Positions 1 through 11,843 of a stretch of DNA of 32,000 bases are shown in pieces (positions within the stretch are counted from its first letter, which is position 1; each line of letters begins with the position of its first letter). The stretch lies in the sequence record MK250016.1. One strand, given 5' to 3'. Below the pieces are notes generated by a model. That model was not told where the DNA came from. It worked only from the letters and a program-made list of their open reading frames with translations, and made no database searches. A program made the position numbers and the translations under genes. Source of the stretch: Prevotella phage Lak-A1.

Positions 1-25
1 TGATATGAAATAAATCATTTTATAT

Positions 26-724
26 TTAAATATTAATTTTATTAATTCCCGTTATATTCTATATCATAGTTAATATAGATTCTTTAACAGATTGTTTATA
101 TTTTAAAAACGGAATATATTGCCATTGCCATGGTTCAATAAATCTTATATCCTTTATTTTATTTATATTATATGTTCTAAATATGAAACCTTCATTTTTT
201 AAATTATATTTCTTCTTAATATAATTAAGTAATTTAGTCTAACCACCATCATGTAAAAAGAATTTACTGATATTCTATGATATTGGTAACTGACCTTGAT
301 GTGCCTACACAGAAGCGTTACTATTAAAAAAATTAGGATCTAAATTATAAATATCATTTAATATTAAAGTACGTAAATCATAATTACATAAATTCAAATT
401 TATACCCTATATGATATTTTTATTATTACCAGTACATAATACCAATGGTAATGTATCGTAATATTCAAACTTTACTCTACCATCATTATATTTTGTTGTT
501 GTATCTGTAACATATTTAAACATATAGATATGTCCAGGTATTAAAGTTAATTTAGAATTAGATTCTGAATCATATTCATCTAATCCCATTGCTTTTTCTT
601 TACCTCTTTTACCATATAAAAATAAATTTTTTACAATAGACTCATATGCTTTATCCTCATATTTGTCATTTGTTTTATTCATTTTTTTAATATCTGTTAA
701 AAATTTATCTTTTGTATATTCCAT
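26..724 (-). CDS. Conserved phage protein of unknown function (~232 aa), continuous only with TAG as sense
   Basis: Track ORF 407..724 ends at TAG (407-409). The same frame stays open through in-frame TAGs at about 305, 275, 239 and 59 to a TAA at 26-28. Contains LIPGHIYMFKYV...YYDTLPLVL. Confidence 0.75.
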
Positions 725-726
725 AA

Positions 727-3576
727 TTATTTACGTAAATATTGTGCTTTTGATTTTCTTGATAATGATTCTATTCTAGTAAGTCTCTATCGCATATCAA
801 TAGATGGATCTACAATAGATGCAAATTCTCTTTGAATACTTTCAGCTTTAGGAACCTTTAATGCTTTTATAACAGTTTTGAAATTATCTAATTTCATATT
901 TTCTTTCTTTAATTCATTAATTTCCTTGTTTAATTTTGCTATATATGCATTTACAAGTGATTGAATAGGTACTTGTTCAATAGAGTCTAATTTACCATAA
1001 AATGTATTCTTTAATCTATCTAATATTGCAATTAATGGTGTTAATATAGATATAGGTTGATCTGATACATTTACATATAAAATAATAGGCCATGGATACA
1101 TTCCACGTATACCGATACCAAATACCATAATTATACCAAATATTGGTATATATACTGATTTAATAGCTATGAATATACATGGTAATGGAATACACTAAAT
1201 GAATGGAAATATGTCTAATCCACAATTCCAGAATGTTGGAACAATACATATAAGTGTTGCTAATGCAAAATATTTTTTCCAATATGGATAATCTTTAATC
1301 GTAATTGCATTTATATCATCTGGCGGTAATTGTTCATGTTTATTCATTTCATCCAATGCCCAGTTTTCATCAACCGGATATTCATCTGGTATTTCTGGAA
1401 ATTCAACTTCTTCAGGAAAACTGTAATCACCTATACTTATATCATTTATTGAACTATCTAAATCGGCAGGATATATATTTTCAAATAAGTAATGTTGATA
1501 ATATATGTTATCGATTGTAATATCCTAAGGAGTTGGCCACTATGCATATTCATCCATTTTATCAGCAAGATTTATTAATAAATTATAGCATTTATCATAT
1601 GTACAATCTTCATATTCTTTAATAACTTTATCCCAAAATGCTCTTATCTTTTTTGACTCTTCCTATACTAATTCTAAATATATATACGGTTTATCTTTAT
1701 CAGTTTCTTTATAAGGATTTTTCTAACTATCATATGATTTTATATATGTATACATAGTAGCTAACTATGAACATATTTCATTTGGTGCGTCAGAATCTTC
1801 ATCAGAATCATATTTATATAATGAAGCGATATAATCATATATTTGTTTATATTCATTATCACCTGTATATTTTTCACCTGCATTCTGAATAGCTTCATCA
1901 TCTAATTCCTAACCGTATTTCTCTTTATTATCGACTGTAAACTATTTAGTTATCTTTTCTTTATATGCTTTATTCTCATTCTATACATATGATGATATTA
2001 ACTATTTAAATTTGTTAAATTCCTATTTAATTTTAGTTTCTGATACATTTTTTCCATTGATATTATTAAATATATGTTTAACATTATCATTGAATAAATT
2101 CATAAAATCTAACATCAAATCAGAATCTTTTCTCTATTCAACAATTACGCGTTTATTTATAATATCTGTTATAAGATTATAAAATTCCTATGAATACTTA
2201 TCGGATGTTCCTGGTAATAAATTAATATTAGTTAATAAACTATAATAATAATTCTGATAACTATCAGCATCACCAATAGGTATATATGAAAAATCATCAT
2301 CATATTGCTTTACATTTTTATATACGTCTGAATCAATATGCTCATTAATAAGAAATTTACAGTCTGTATAATTTTTATCATATTTACATAATGGTAATGT
2401 ATCCAATGATTTATATATTTTAATAATATCATTTACATATTTTTCACGCGCATCTAATAATCGCTTACTTTCTTTCTGTATTGCTTCATAAGGATTACTT
2501 GCTGTTTTAATTCTATTTGTTTGTCTATATGCCTTATCTTTAATTTCTCTTTTTACCTTCTTTCTTTTCCTCTTTTTCTTTGCACGTTTTCTCCATGATT
2601 TCATATCTGACTTTGTTACATCCTCTGCTATAATAGATGAACCGAATTCATCTTGAGACTCATTTAAATTCATCATAATAGAAGTATCAAAGATTGTTAC
2701 ACCAGTATTTAATTTATCATTTACAATGTCAAATGTAAACAAAGATGTGTCATATTTTTTATTATTCTTAAATCCTTCCTTTTTATTCGCATTAATTATA
2801 GAAATATCTAAATTATCATAACTTATATCAGATGAATCAAGATACCAACCGGAATAATATTGATAATTACCACTTATTGTATTTTTACGTGTATATGTAC
2901 CTCTATATCTTCGTGCTAATACGCAAGGTAATAAAGACTAACATAAATTATTTGTTATTAATGCATATAAATATCCTTCTTTCTGAAATTCATTATTAAC
3001 TGCTGATATATCTTCAACAACATTAAAATCTTCATTCATTCCAAGTAATGTATTTTCCAATACAATATGTCTGTTACATTTTGATGGATATAATCTGAAA
3101 TAATCTTCACCATTATTTGATGACATTACACGTCCTTTTTCAAATATTGATTTTAACGGTTTCATTTTTCCGTCTTGCTTTACAGAACCTATTATAGTAT
3201 TGTTATCTATAGTATCACCAGGTTTTATATTTAATGTATATTCAACTGGTGTCGGATCTTTAACAGTTGCATCTGAAAATTCAATTATAACTCTTGTACT
3301 TGTATCTATATCAGATAAAATATCAGGTACCTCTTCAGATGGAGTTACAATAAGTTTCCATAAATCTTTATCATTATATAAATTCTATAATACTGATAAA
3401 TCAGTAGAACCAACAATATCTTTAAAATCTGTTGTTATATCAGATTTTGCATAATCGACTGCACATAAATTTATATCATTAAGATTTATAGTCTGCTATC
3501 CTTCAATTTCATCTGTATCTATCGTTAATGCCTTTGTTATTAAGTCATCTAAATATATTTTCTCTTCTTTTGTCAT
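727..3576 (-). CDS. Large probable virion structural protein (~949 aa), amber-recoded
   Basis: Track ORFs 787..1128, 2188..2742 and 2938..3165 are in one frame. No TAA/TGA between the ATG at 3576 and the TAA at 727-729, only TAGs. The start overlaps the upstream gene's TGA (ATGA). Confidence 0.8.
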
Positions 3577-6245
3577 GTGTATAAATCATAATCTTTTCCG
3601 TAACATCTTAATATCTGACTACCATACAATGGTAATGATGAATCAGAATAATAAATTTCTGTATCTGCATCCTCAACTTTATCTAATCCTAATAAAGTAC
3701 CGTCTTGATATTTTGAATCAGGATATTGAACAAATAAAGATGCATCATCAAAATAATTTCCTGCTTTATCTAAATCTTTTTTCATTGCATTTCTCTATTC
3801 TGTTATTGCATCTTGATCAATATAAAGAATAGTTGGCAAATCCTATTTTATTATTTCATAATTAGATTTAGCATTTTTTAAATATAAATAAAGTTTTCTT
3901 GTATCAGGAATACCAATATTAATTTCAACATTTGTACCTATACTTGTTATACTATTAGTTATATAATCATATAATTTTAAAGAACGAACTGTATAGAAAT
4001 TTGTTTTTGATTTATTTGCTTTTTTAAATAATTTATTAATTGCAGCAATTACTTTTACCATACCTAATAGATTTCCCGATGAATTCGCTTCTACTTTTGC
4101 CTTATTGATTTTATAATTCCTAATTAATTTTAGTATAACTTTTAATTGTGGAAATATTTCTTTTAATATAGAAAATAATTCATGAACTAATTGAAATGTA
4201 GGTCTTTTAGTTGCTTTTGTTGGATCACCTGTATATTCTTCTTCTACAATACCTAATTCAAATTTTGATATTGCTTCTTCTGCTTCTTTTTTCTTTGCAG
4301 TTTCCTAAGCAATTCTATTTGCTTCATCTATTGCATTTTTTTGTTCACTTAACGTTTTATTAAAACCTTCTAATTCAAAATGGATTTTAAATGTAAATTC
4401 TAATAATTCAATAGTCTAATCTTTTCTCATTACATAACCTTCATCTATTGCATTTATAATAGACAACACAGATGAAGAGTCAAATATTTTCGTTCCATCT
4501 TTTTGATGTGCATTTGATAAAACTTTTGTTAACTATTTTTTTGCTTTCTTTGTTGTCGGATCTGCATATATATTAAGAGTCATTGTAAACGTATTTAAAT
4601 CGTTCGTGAAGTCATATAAATGTTCTGCCTTTATTTCTGCACTAATTGTTGTATTGGAAGCGATGTCGGTTGCGATATGAAGTCCTGATGAGATTGCTTG
4701 AGCTTCTATCTGATTCTATAAACTTGTTAAATTACCTGAGAATTGATTAATTCCATCTTGAATTGCTTTTTCTAATGAAATAACTGCTCCATCAGAATCA
4801 AGTCCCATTTCAACAAGCATATCCATGAAATCTTCAAATGAATCTATACCATCACTTAAAACATCTAAATCAACATTATTAAATTGACTTATTAACATTT
4901 TAATTTCATCTATTGAATCTTTTATCTGTATTATAATAAAGGAATTATATATTAAATCAGATGCGCGCGATAATTCATCCATTAGTGATTGTTTTATAAT
5001 ATCTGGATCAACATCCACATTTATTTTTGATGATACAGTACCACCAGAAGAATGCTGAATACCTGTTTCTTTTTCTTGCTCTTCTTGTTCTTTTTTCCTA
5101 CGTTTTTGTTCTTTACACGCTTCTTTCCATGCCTTATACTTATGAATATAATCTGAACACATATAATATAATTCAGGTAATGTATATCCTGTATATTTAA
5201 TACATTGTTCATTTATCATTACCCATATAGTATTCATCAAAAGTTCCTATGCATCTTTTAACACTTCTTGCATTGAAGGTAAATTTGTAATTGCATCATT
5301 TATTGTTTCATAATATTCATTTTCTAAGTCATTATAAATTGCTATATACATATCTTTCAATGATGTACAAATACTACCTATTGCTACTTTTGCACTTGGT
5401 AACATCTGAATATTCTTTGGAAACATTTTAATAATACCAGTGATATTAAATAATGTAGAATCCATAAGATTGAGAATAGACTATGCCATACCTAATGTTT
5501 CCTAATTAATACCTAAGTTATTCATTAAATTACTAGCACCTCCTGCAATTAAAGACTATATAGTAACTTCAAGATATTGTGTTACTGCATCAGTAATTGC
5601 GCCAGATATTGCCATACCTGGCGCCTAGTTTATGTCAAGGTTATCAAGATCGACCTATTCTGCTTCTTCTACATTGCCAAATTCATCAACTTTTGTTATA
5701 GCTTTCTTTTCACCATATTTAGTTAAATCATTGTAAAAATTTGTATATGCTTTAATTAATTTCGGATGAGTCTATGTAATTTTTTTATATTTAGAAAATT
5801 CTGTATTTAAGTCATTTAACTATTCTTTATAATTCTTTACAATTTGTTTAAGATTAGTTGTTAGAGCTGAATGTGGATCTTGTTTTTTTGCTTCTTCATA
5901 TTGATCTTGATATTCTGTTAATTCACTGTTTACTTTATTAATTTCAGTTTGTAATGCGTTAACCCATGATTCTGCATCTTTTAATTCAGTTTTATAATAT
6001 TCTATTCTTAATTTTGCAGTTTCTACTTTCTTCGCATATGGAAGTGTGTCATCAAACTGAACAATACCTACATCAATGATACCATAATCATATGCATTAA
6101 TATCAACCATTTCAACGGTTGTCTTATGTTGACCTTTTTTCATATCTTCGGTATCAACTGTACCTGCAGACATTTTTTTATTTGAAAAGAAATCATAAGA
6201 ATTACCAGGTGAATTTGTTAAATCTATATCTAATATTGTTGCCAT
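3573..6245 (-). CDS. Large probable virion structural protein (~890 aa), amber-recoded
   Basis: Track ORFs 3573..3785, 3843..4061, 4716..5240, 5247..5465 and 5820..6290 share one frame. Intervening stops are TAG only. Terminates at TGA 3573-3575. Likely start MATILDIDLTN. Confidence 0.8.
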
Positions 6246-6247
6246 AA

Positions 6248-6910
6248 TTAAAATACCTTTTCTTTTTGCATCATTGTTTTTAATGCCCAATACGAATCTA
6301 CAAGATCATCAATACCTGCTATATAATTTGTTTTTGCTTTCATATAACCATTTGCAAGACAAAGACGAAGTTTTATATCATTATTCTACGCGATGTATTT
6401 TTTTATCATCTTTGTTTTATCTGCGCAATCTTCTTTTGATGAACAACCTGCAGTTGCTTTGAGTGTGATAGGAGAATATGTATAAAGTCTTGTCAGATGA
6501 TCACCATAATGTTCATATATTTTTGATAATAATACTCCTTTATATGTCGCGAGATTAAGTGTAGCATCACCTTTTGATGCATATGATAATCCTTCTGAAC
6601 ATACATATAATTCATAATCTGTTAATTCGAATTTATTTGTTATTAAATCATCAATATCATTTATAATTAAATTTGCTAAATCAGTAGACCTGATAGTATG
6701 AATAAGAACTAACTGTGAATTCTCTACTGTTTTTGTATCAACTGACGACATATTTCTATTAACTATTGAAACATCAGCATCTTCATACATTTTCTATTGT
6801 TTATTAGTTATTTTCAAAGGCCAAAAATAATGATAATACTAACCTCTGAAATATATTGTAGCTGCTGGTTTATTCATTGAAAAATCAAATCCTATTAAAA
6901 CTTTATCCAT
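6248..6910 (-). CDS. Possible RuvC/RNase H-fold nuclease (~220 aa), amber-recoded
   Basis: MDKVLIGFDFSMNKPAATIY... CSEGLSYASKGDATLNLATYKGVLLSKIYE ... GIDDLVDSYWA resembles resolvase-type acidic motifs (D, E, D-D). Three in-frame TAGs. TAA stop at 6248. Confidence 0.5.
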
Positions 6911-6943
6911 TTAAATTAAAAATACTTTTTTGTTATTTATTAT

Positions 6944-7022
6944 TTGTATATGACATACCATATATTATACAAAAAATTGTTAATTATGTTTTTATAAAAT
7001 GGTTATGTATGATAACATACCG
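6944..7022. promoter_or_regulatory. Divergent intergenic region with operator-like inverted repeats
   Basis: Between divergent genes starting at 6910 (-) and 7066 (+). Contains ttgtata (6944-6950)...tatacaa (6966-6972), and gttat..ataac near 7005-7020. Confidence 0.3.
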
Positions 7023-7065
7023 TATTCCATTGAGGCGTATAGATACTGAAAATAAGAATTAAAAC

Positions 7066-7920
7066 ATGGCAACAAAATATAATAAATTTTACCAACAAAC
7101 ATTTAATATTTCCACAACAATGACAAGCGCAACTTTTTTATTAACATATAATCTAAATTATAATTTTTCATTAACTGATGATGAAAAATTATATTATCGT
7201 GTATTTTTTGGTTTAAATGATAAAGAAGATAATACATATAATGGAAAACTTACATTTGTTCCAAACTCTTCTGAATTTATGGTAACAGAAAGTTCAAAAA
7301 AAATAGATAATATAAAAATAAATCTAACGAATGTTGATAATACAAAAACAGCAGCAGAAATTTATATTACATATTCGTTTAATAATTTAACCGATTTTTT
7401 AGGAAAAACTTATTCTATAAAATATAATAATAAAACTTTTTTATATTTAAATTTTTTGATGTATAAAATATTAGTTTTTTCTAATCAGAAAACACCTTCA
7501 ACTGGTTATCATGAAAATATATTCTTTGTCTTCGCACTACACAATGTATAGTTACCACATTCTATTCCAACTGAACAAATATCAAATAAAATTTCTGATG
7601 ATAATGATATTTTACTTTTTTGTGATTATTTTCAAGGATATTTTTATTATAATGCATAGAGATATTTATATAACTAGCAAGATGATGAAAATTAGTTAAT
7701 ATACAAAAATTATACAGATTTTATGCCCACTGGCGAATCTAATTATGCATTAATGCCTAAACACTGTTTTGCATATAATGGTATAAATTATACTGTTACA
7801 GACTTATTTCCACAATGTCATTTTTATGTTTATACATATTCTGAAAATGAATCTTCATTTTTTTGTGAAATAAATTTTGATAATATTTCTAATAAAGGAG
7901 AATATTATTTATTCAAATGA
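7066..7920 (+). CDS. Hypothetical late protein (~284 aa), amber-recoded
   Basis: Track ORF 7066..7551 continues in frame through several TAGs and includes track ORF 7723..7920. TGA stop. Confidence 0.75.
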
Positions 7921-7967
7921 TAATATCATATTTTCATGAATAAATAAGTTAAATGAAAATAATTTGA

Positions 7968-9185
7968 ATGTAGACAGCTTAGGTTAGACAACAATATACA
8001 AGAGATGGTAAGCCAGTTTCTTTGGCGACTTGTATAGAAACTCTATATTTTGAATAGACATATAATGGTTAGGTTTATCGTACATCTCTTAATAACAGAT
8101 TATTAGTAGTAGGAAATAAGTTAAATTCAGTTTCAAAAACAAATATCTCGGAATCATTAAATAAGGCATAGTTACCTTTCTATTATATAACAAAGATTGA
8201 ATCTGATACTGCATCAGGTTTATACAGACTCGATGTTTCTCTTTATGCGATAGATACTGCAGTTCGCGCGACAGAAGTAATTGATGAAATTAAAACAACA
8301 ATAGATAATAATTTAAATAATCTTAATACTTCAATTAATAATGTAAATGCAAAAATTGACAGTTTTCAAAGATATAATGCATCTACATATCTTCCGTTAA
8401 CAGGTGGAAGAATGTCTGGAGGTATCGTATTCGGAATGAAAGGTGGTGAAGAAAAGATTCAAGAACTTCCTGGTATTGGTTATAATGGTTAGAATCTCGT
8501 ATTATCATGCCCTGATTCTGGATATATTTCATTTTGGGGTTCACTTTCAAATGAATATGGTGCAAATACACCAGGTATTACATGGTTAAAACCAACTATT
8601 ACAGAAAATGGTAAAGTTCCTGTATTTAATTATGCGAATAATCAGTTAATGTGGAAAACATATAATGCCGGTTCACTTTCATATACAACTGCTGATTATA
8701 AGAAATATTATATTCTCGGTATTACAGAAGATTCATATAATGGACGTGATATTGGTGAAACAAAATATATTGCAGATGATGGTAATATTGAAACAAATGT
8801 TTATGTATCAAGAAAGAATGTATATGCAAATGCGTTTTATGCATCATCTGATATTGAATTGAAAACAGACGTTAAGCATATTGATGCATCTACATATATT
8901 CCTGATGTTATTCAATTCCGATGGCTCGATACTTCTGAACTTTCTTATGGATTTATTGCACAGGATCTAGAAGAACACGGGCTTTCTTATTTAATGGATA
9001 AAGATGATCTTAAACATTGGCGTGTTAACTATTCTGCTGCTATTTCATTAGTTGTCGGAGATCTGTAGAAATCAAAGAAAGACCATGAATAGAGAATTTC
9101 AGATTTAGAGACAGAAAATAAGAATTTAAAGAAAACATTAGAAAAACTTGAAAAAAGACTAGAAAAATTAGAAAAAAGTAAGTAA
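7968..9185 (+). CDS. Tail fibre/adhesin with C-terminal intramolecular chaperone (peptidase S74-like), amber-recoded
   Basis: TYLPLTGGRMSGGI fibre motif, then SDIELKTDVKHIDASTYIPDVIQFRWLDTSELSYGFIAQDLEEHG...VNYSAAISLVVGDLQ, characteristic of S74 chaperone domains. C-terminal coiled coil. TAA stop. Confidence 0.85.
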
Positions 9186-9187
9186 AA

Positions 9188-11104
9188 ATGGCATCAATTT
9201 ATGATTTAAAAATATTCAAGCTAAACCGCCTTAAGTATGAGGAATTATGGAATGATGCTATTGCATGGGTGAAAAAAACATACAATGTATCTGAACAACA
9301 GTTTACAATGGCTTCACCTTTTGCATAGTTACTTTCTGTAATTTTACATCTCGGACGAATGATTTTCTATTACATAGAAGATTCAATAACAGGTTTAAAT
9401 ATAAAAACAGCATATAGACCTGATCAAATCAGAGGTTTAGCAAGATTAACAGGACATAATGCAGGTAGAGCAATTGCTGCTCGCGGTGCAGTTAAAATTG
9501 TTTATTATGATACTGGTAATCAAGATTTAAATGGTAATGTATGTTTCATACCAAATAGAACAAAATTATTATGCGCGATTAATGGTGCAACATATACTGT
9601 ACTATTTGGTGCTGATACTGCATAGATAACAATGACTGCTGGTAATTATATAACAGCAACAATTATACAAGGCACAGTAAAATATCAGGCTGCAACATCA
9701 ACCGGTAATAAATGGCAATCATATAATTTTACTGAAAGAAATTATGCAGATATAGATGAGTATTTTATAAATGTATATGTAAATGGTGAATTATGGGATA
9801 GAATAGAATCATTTATAGATGCTGGTTTTGATTAGAAAGCTTGTGTTGTTAAAACAGGTATAAACGGAGGTATTGACGTTACATTTGGTGACGGTAAAAT
9901 GGGTATGATTCCAGTTGAAGGCGCAACTATTTATGTTGAATATATTGTTACTGATGGTGTAACCGGTAATCTTCCAAAACAGATATTAGATTAGGATCAG
10001 TATTTTGAAATACAAGGAACAGGTTATGCAACAGATGGTTCTGAAATTTCACTTGCTGATAATTTTAAAGTTCAATGTGATACAGACGTAATATTCGGTT
10101 CTGAAGCAGAAGATATTCGACTTACATAGTTAATTGCTCCACATACATCCAGATCATTTGTTCTCGCGAATGAAATTAATTACAGATATTTCTTTAAGAG
10201 AATGAATATGTTTTCTACTATAGAAATTATAAAAGGATATACATAGAAGCAAGCTAATTATATGGCATAGCTTAATTATGATGTATATAATACAATGTAT
10301 AAAAATACATTTAGTGATTGGTAGGATGCTGTTTCTGTATATGGAGAACAATCAGATGAAGCAAAAGAGTTATACAACAATTTACAGGATATATTAAGTA
10401 AACGTAATTTTGCACAATAGCAAATAGAAGATACAGATCTTGCTGATAATACTGTATATCTTTTATTAATTCCTGATTTAACTAAACGTATTTCATCATC
10501 ATCAAATTATTTTACTGTTGATGAATCTGTATTTACATTATCTACAGATGAACAGAATAATATTATTAATTTAATTGATAATTCAGGTTAGAAAATAATT
10601 ACAGTAGAAAATAAAATACTTGAACCAAAAACACCAAGATTTGCAGTTAATACATAGGTAAAAATATGGGAAGGCTATAATTTATAGAGTATATATTCTG
10701 CATGTTTAAATGCGTTATCTAATTACCTTATAAAGTTTACGCGCAAAGATATTATTCCGTTATCTGATATTACTGCATTATTTGAAGCAATAGATGGTAT
10801 CGATTCAGTAAAAGTATGGTTTGATGCAGACGTTGAAAATGAAAATATATATTGTGAAAGAGGTTTTTATGGTATTGATTCTTATGGTGATATTATTTTA
10901 ACAAGAACATATCAAGATTATAATGGGAATTCAAAGGATGTTAGAGATATATTACCATTGATACGCGGTGGATTTACTTCACCTGATGGCGTTGAATATT
11001 CGGATACACAATCATTAGATTCATTATCTGCATTTAATATGCAGTTAATAGGTTATACACAAAATAATAAATTAACATTAGAAAACTTTAAGACAATAAC
11101 ATAA
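9188..11104 (+). CDS. Baseplate wedge protein, T4 gp6 / baseplate J-like, amber-recoded (~638 aa)
   Basis: IRGLARLTGHNAGRAIAARGAVKI and GDGKMGMIPVEGATIYVEYIVTDGVTGNLP motifs. Adjacent to a gp25-like gene. One frame joins track ORFs 9359..9625 and 9632..9835. Confidence 0.75.
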
Positions 11105-11109
11105 TAATT

Positions 11110-11484
11110 ATGATTAGAGAATTATATTGTAAATTACCGACGGATCTTGATTATGAACCAATGGTTGAGTCTACTGATGAAATATTTAATCTATTACAAT
11201 AGATAAGAGTTGTTCTTGGTACAAAACCTGGAGAAGTTTTAGGAACACCAATGTTCGGTTGTAATCTTGAAAAATACTTATTTAGAATGAATCTAGATAA
11301 AGATGAAATTCTTACAGCGATAAGATAGGAAATATTAGATTATGTATATTATGATTCTAATAAATGGAATTTATCTATAGATGTTTTATTCGGAAAAAAT
11401 GCGAATGATCCATATGAATATGCATTAATAGATATTAGTATAAATGAAAAGAAATGTTTAGGTATTATTGTAAATCAGCAATAA
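11110..11484 (+). CDS. Baseplate wedge protein, gp25/GPW-like (~124 aa), amber-recoded
   Basis: MIRELYCKLPTDLDYEPMVESTDEIFNLLQQIRVVLGTKPGEVLGTPMFGCNLEKYLFRMN...; characteristic 'GTxxGExxxxPxFGxxLexyLF' pattern. Two in-frame TAGs. Confidence 0.8.
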
Positions 11485-11499
11485 TACATTATAAATAAT

Positions 11500-11535
11500 A
11501 AAAGAGGATAATTCAGAAATGAGTTATCCTCTTTT
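11500..11535. terminator. Intrinsic terminator-like hairpin
   Basis: aaaagaggataa ... ttatcctctttttc: 12-bp stem followed by T run. Confidence 0.65.
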
Positions 11536-11578
11536 TCTATAATAAATATCTAAAATAAAAGGAATATTTAGAAGAACT

Positions 11579-11833
11579 ATGCCAAGATTTAAATATATTA
11601 ATTCATTTACAGAGAAAGAAGATCATATATATGATGATTATAAAAACTTAGGTTATAACTATAAACATCATATATTAAAGAATGTTATATCACCTGAATT
11701 ATTTGCGAATCCTATGAATGATGTTATTTTCAGACAAATAGAAAAATTATTTGAATTCCTTATAGATTCTGTTAAGCAAATAAAATTGGCATACGCATAT
11801 ACATATCCTAAAAATGCAACAAATTTAAATTGA
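11579..11833 (+). CDS. Small late protein (84 aa) in baseplate cluster
   Basis: Track ORF MPRFKYINSFTEKEDHIYDD..., TGA stop, between gp25-like and the giant gene. Confidence 0.6.
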   Translation: MPRFKYINSFTEKEDHIYDDYKNLGYNYKHHILKNVISPELFANPMNDVIFRQIEKLFEFLIDSVKQIKLAYAYTYPKNATNLN

Positions 11834-11843
11834 TAATTGAAAA

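Noticed and set aside
1305-1520. Plus-strand ORFs inside minus-strand late genes (1305..1520, 3200..3454, 3575..3832, 6274..6462) and minus ORFs 10154..10351, 11668..11982
   Set aside because: Antisense to long coding frames, no recognisable motifs, no supporting context.
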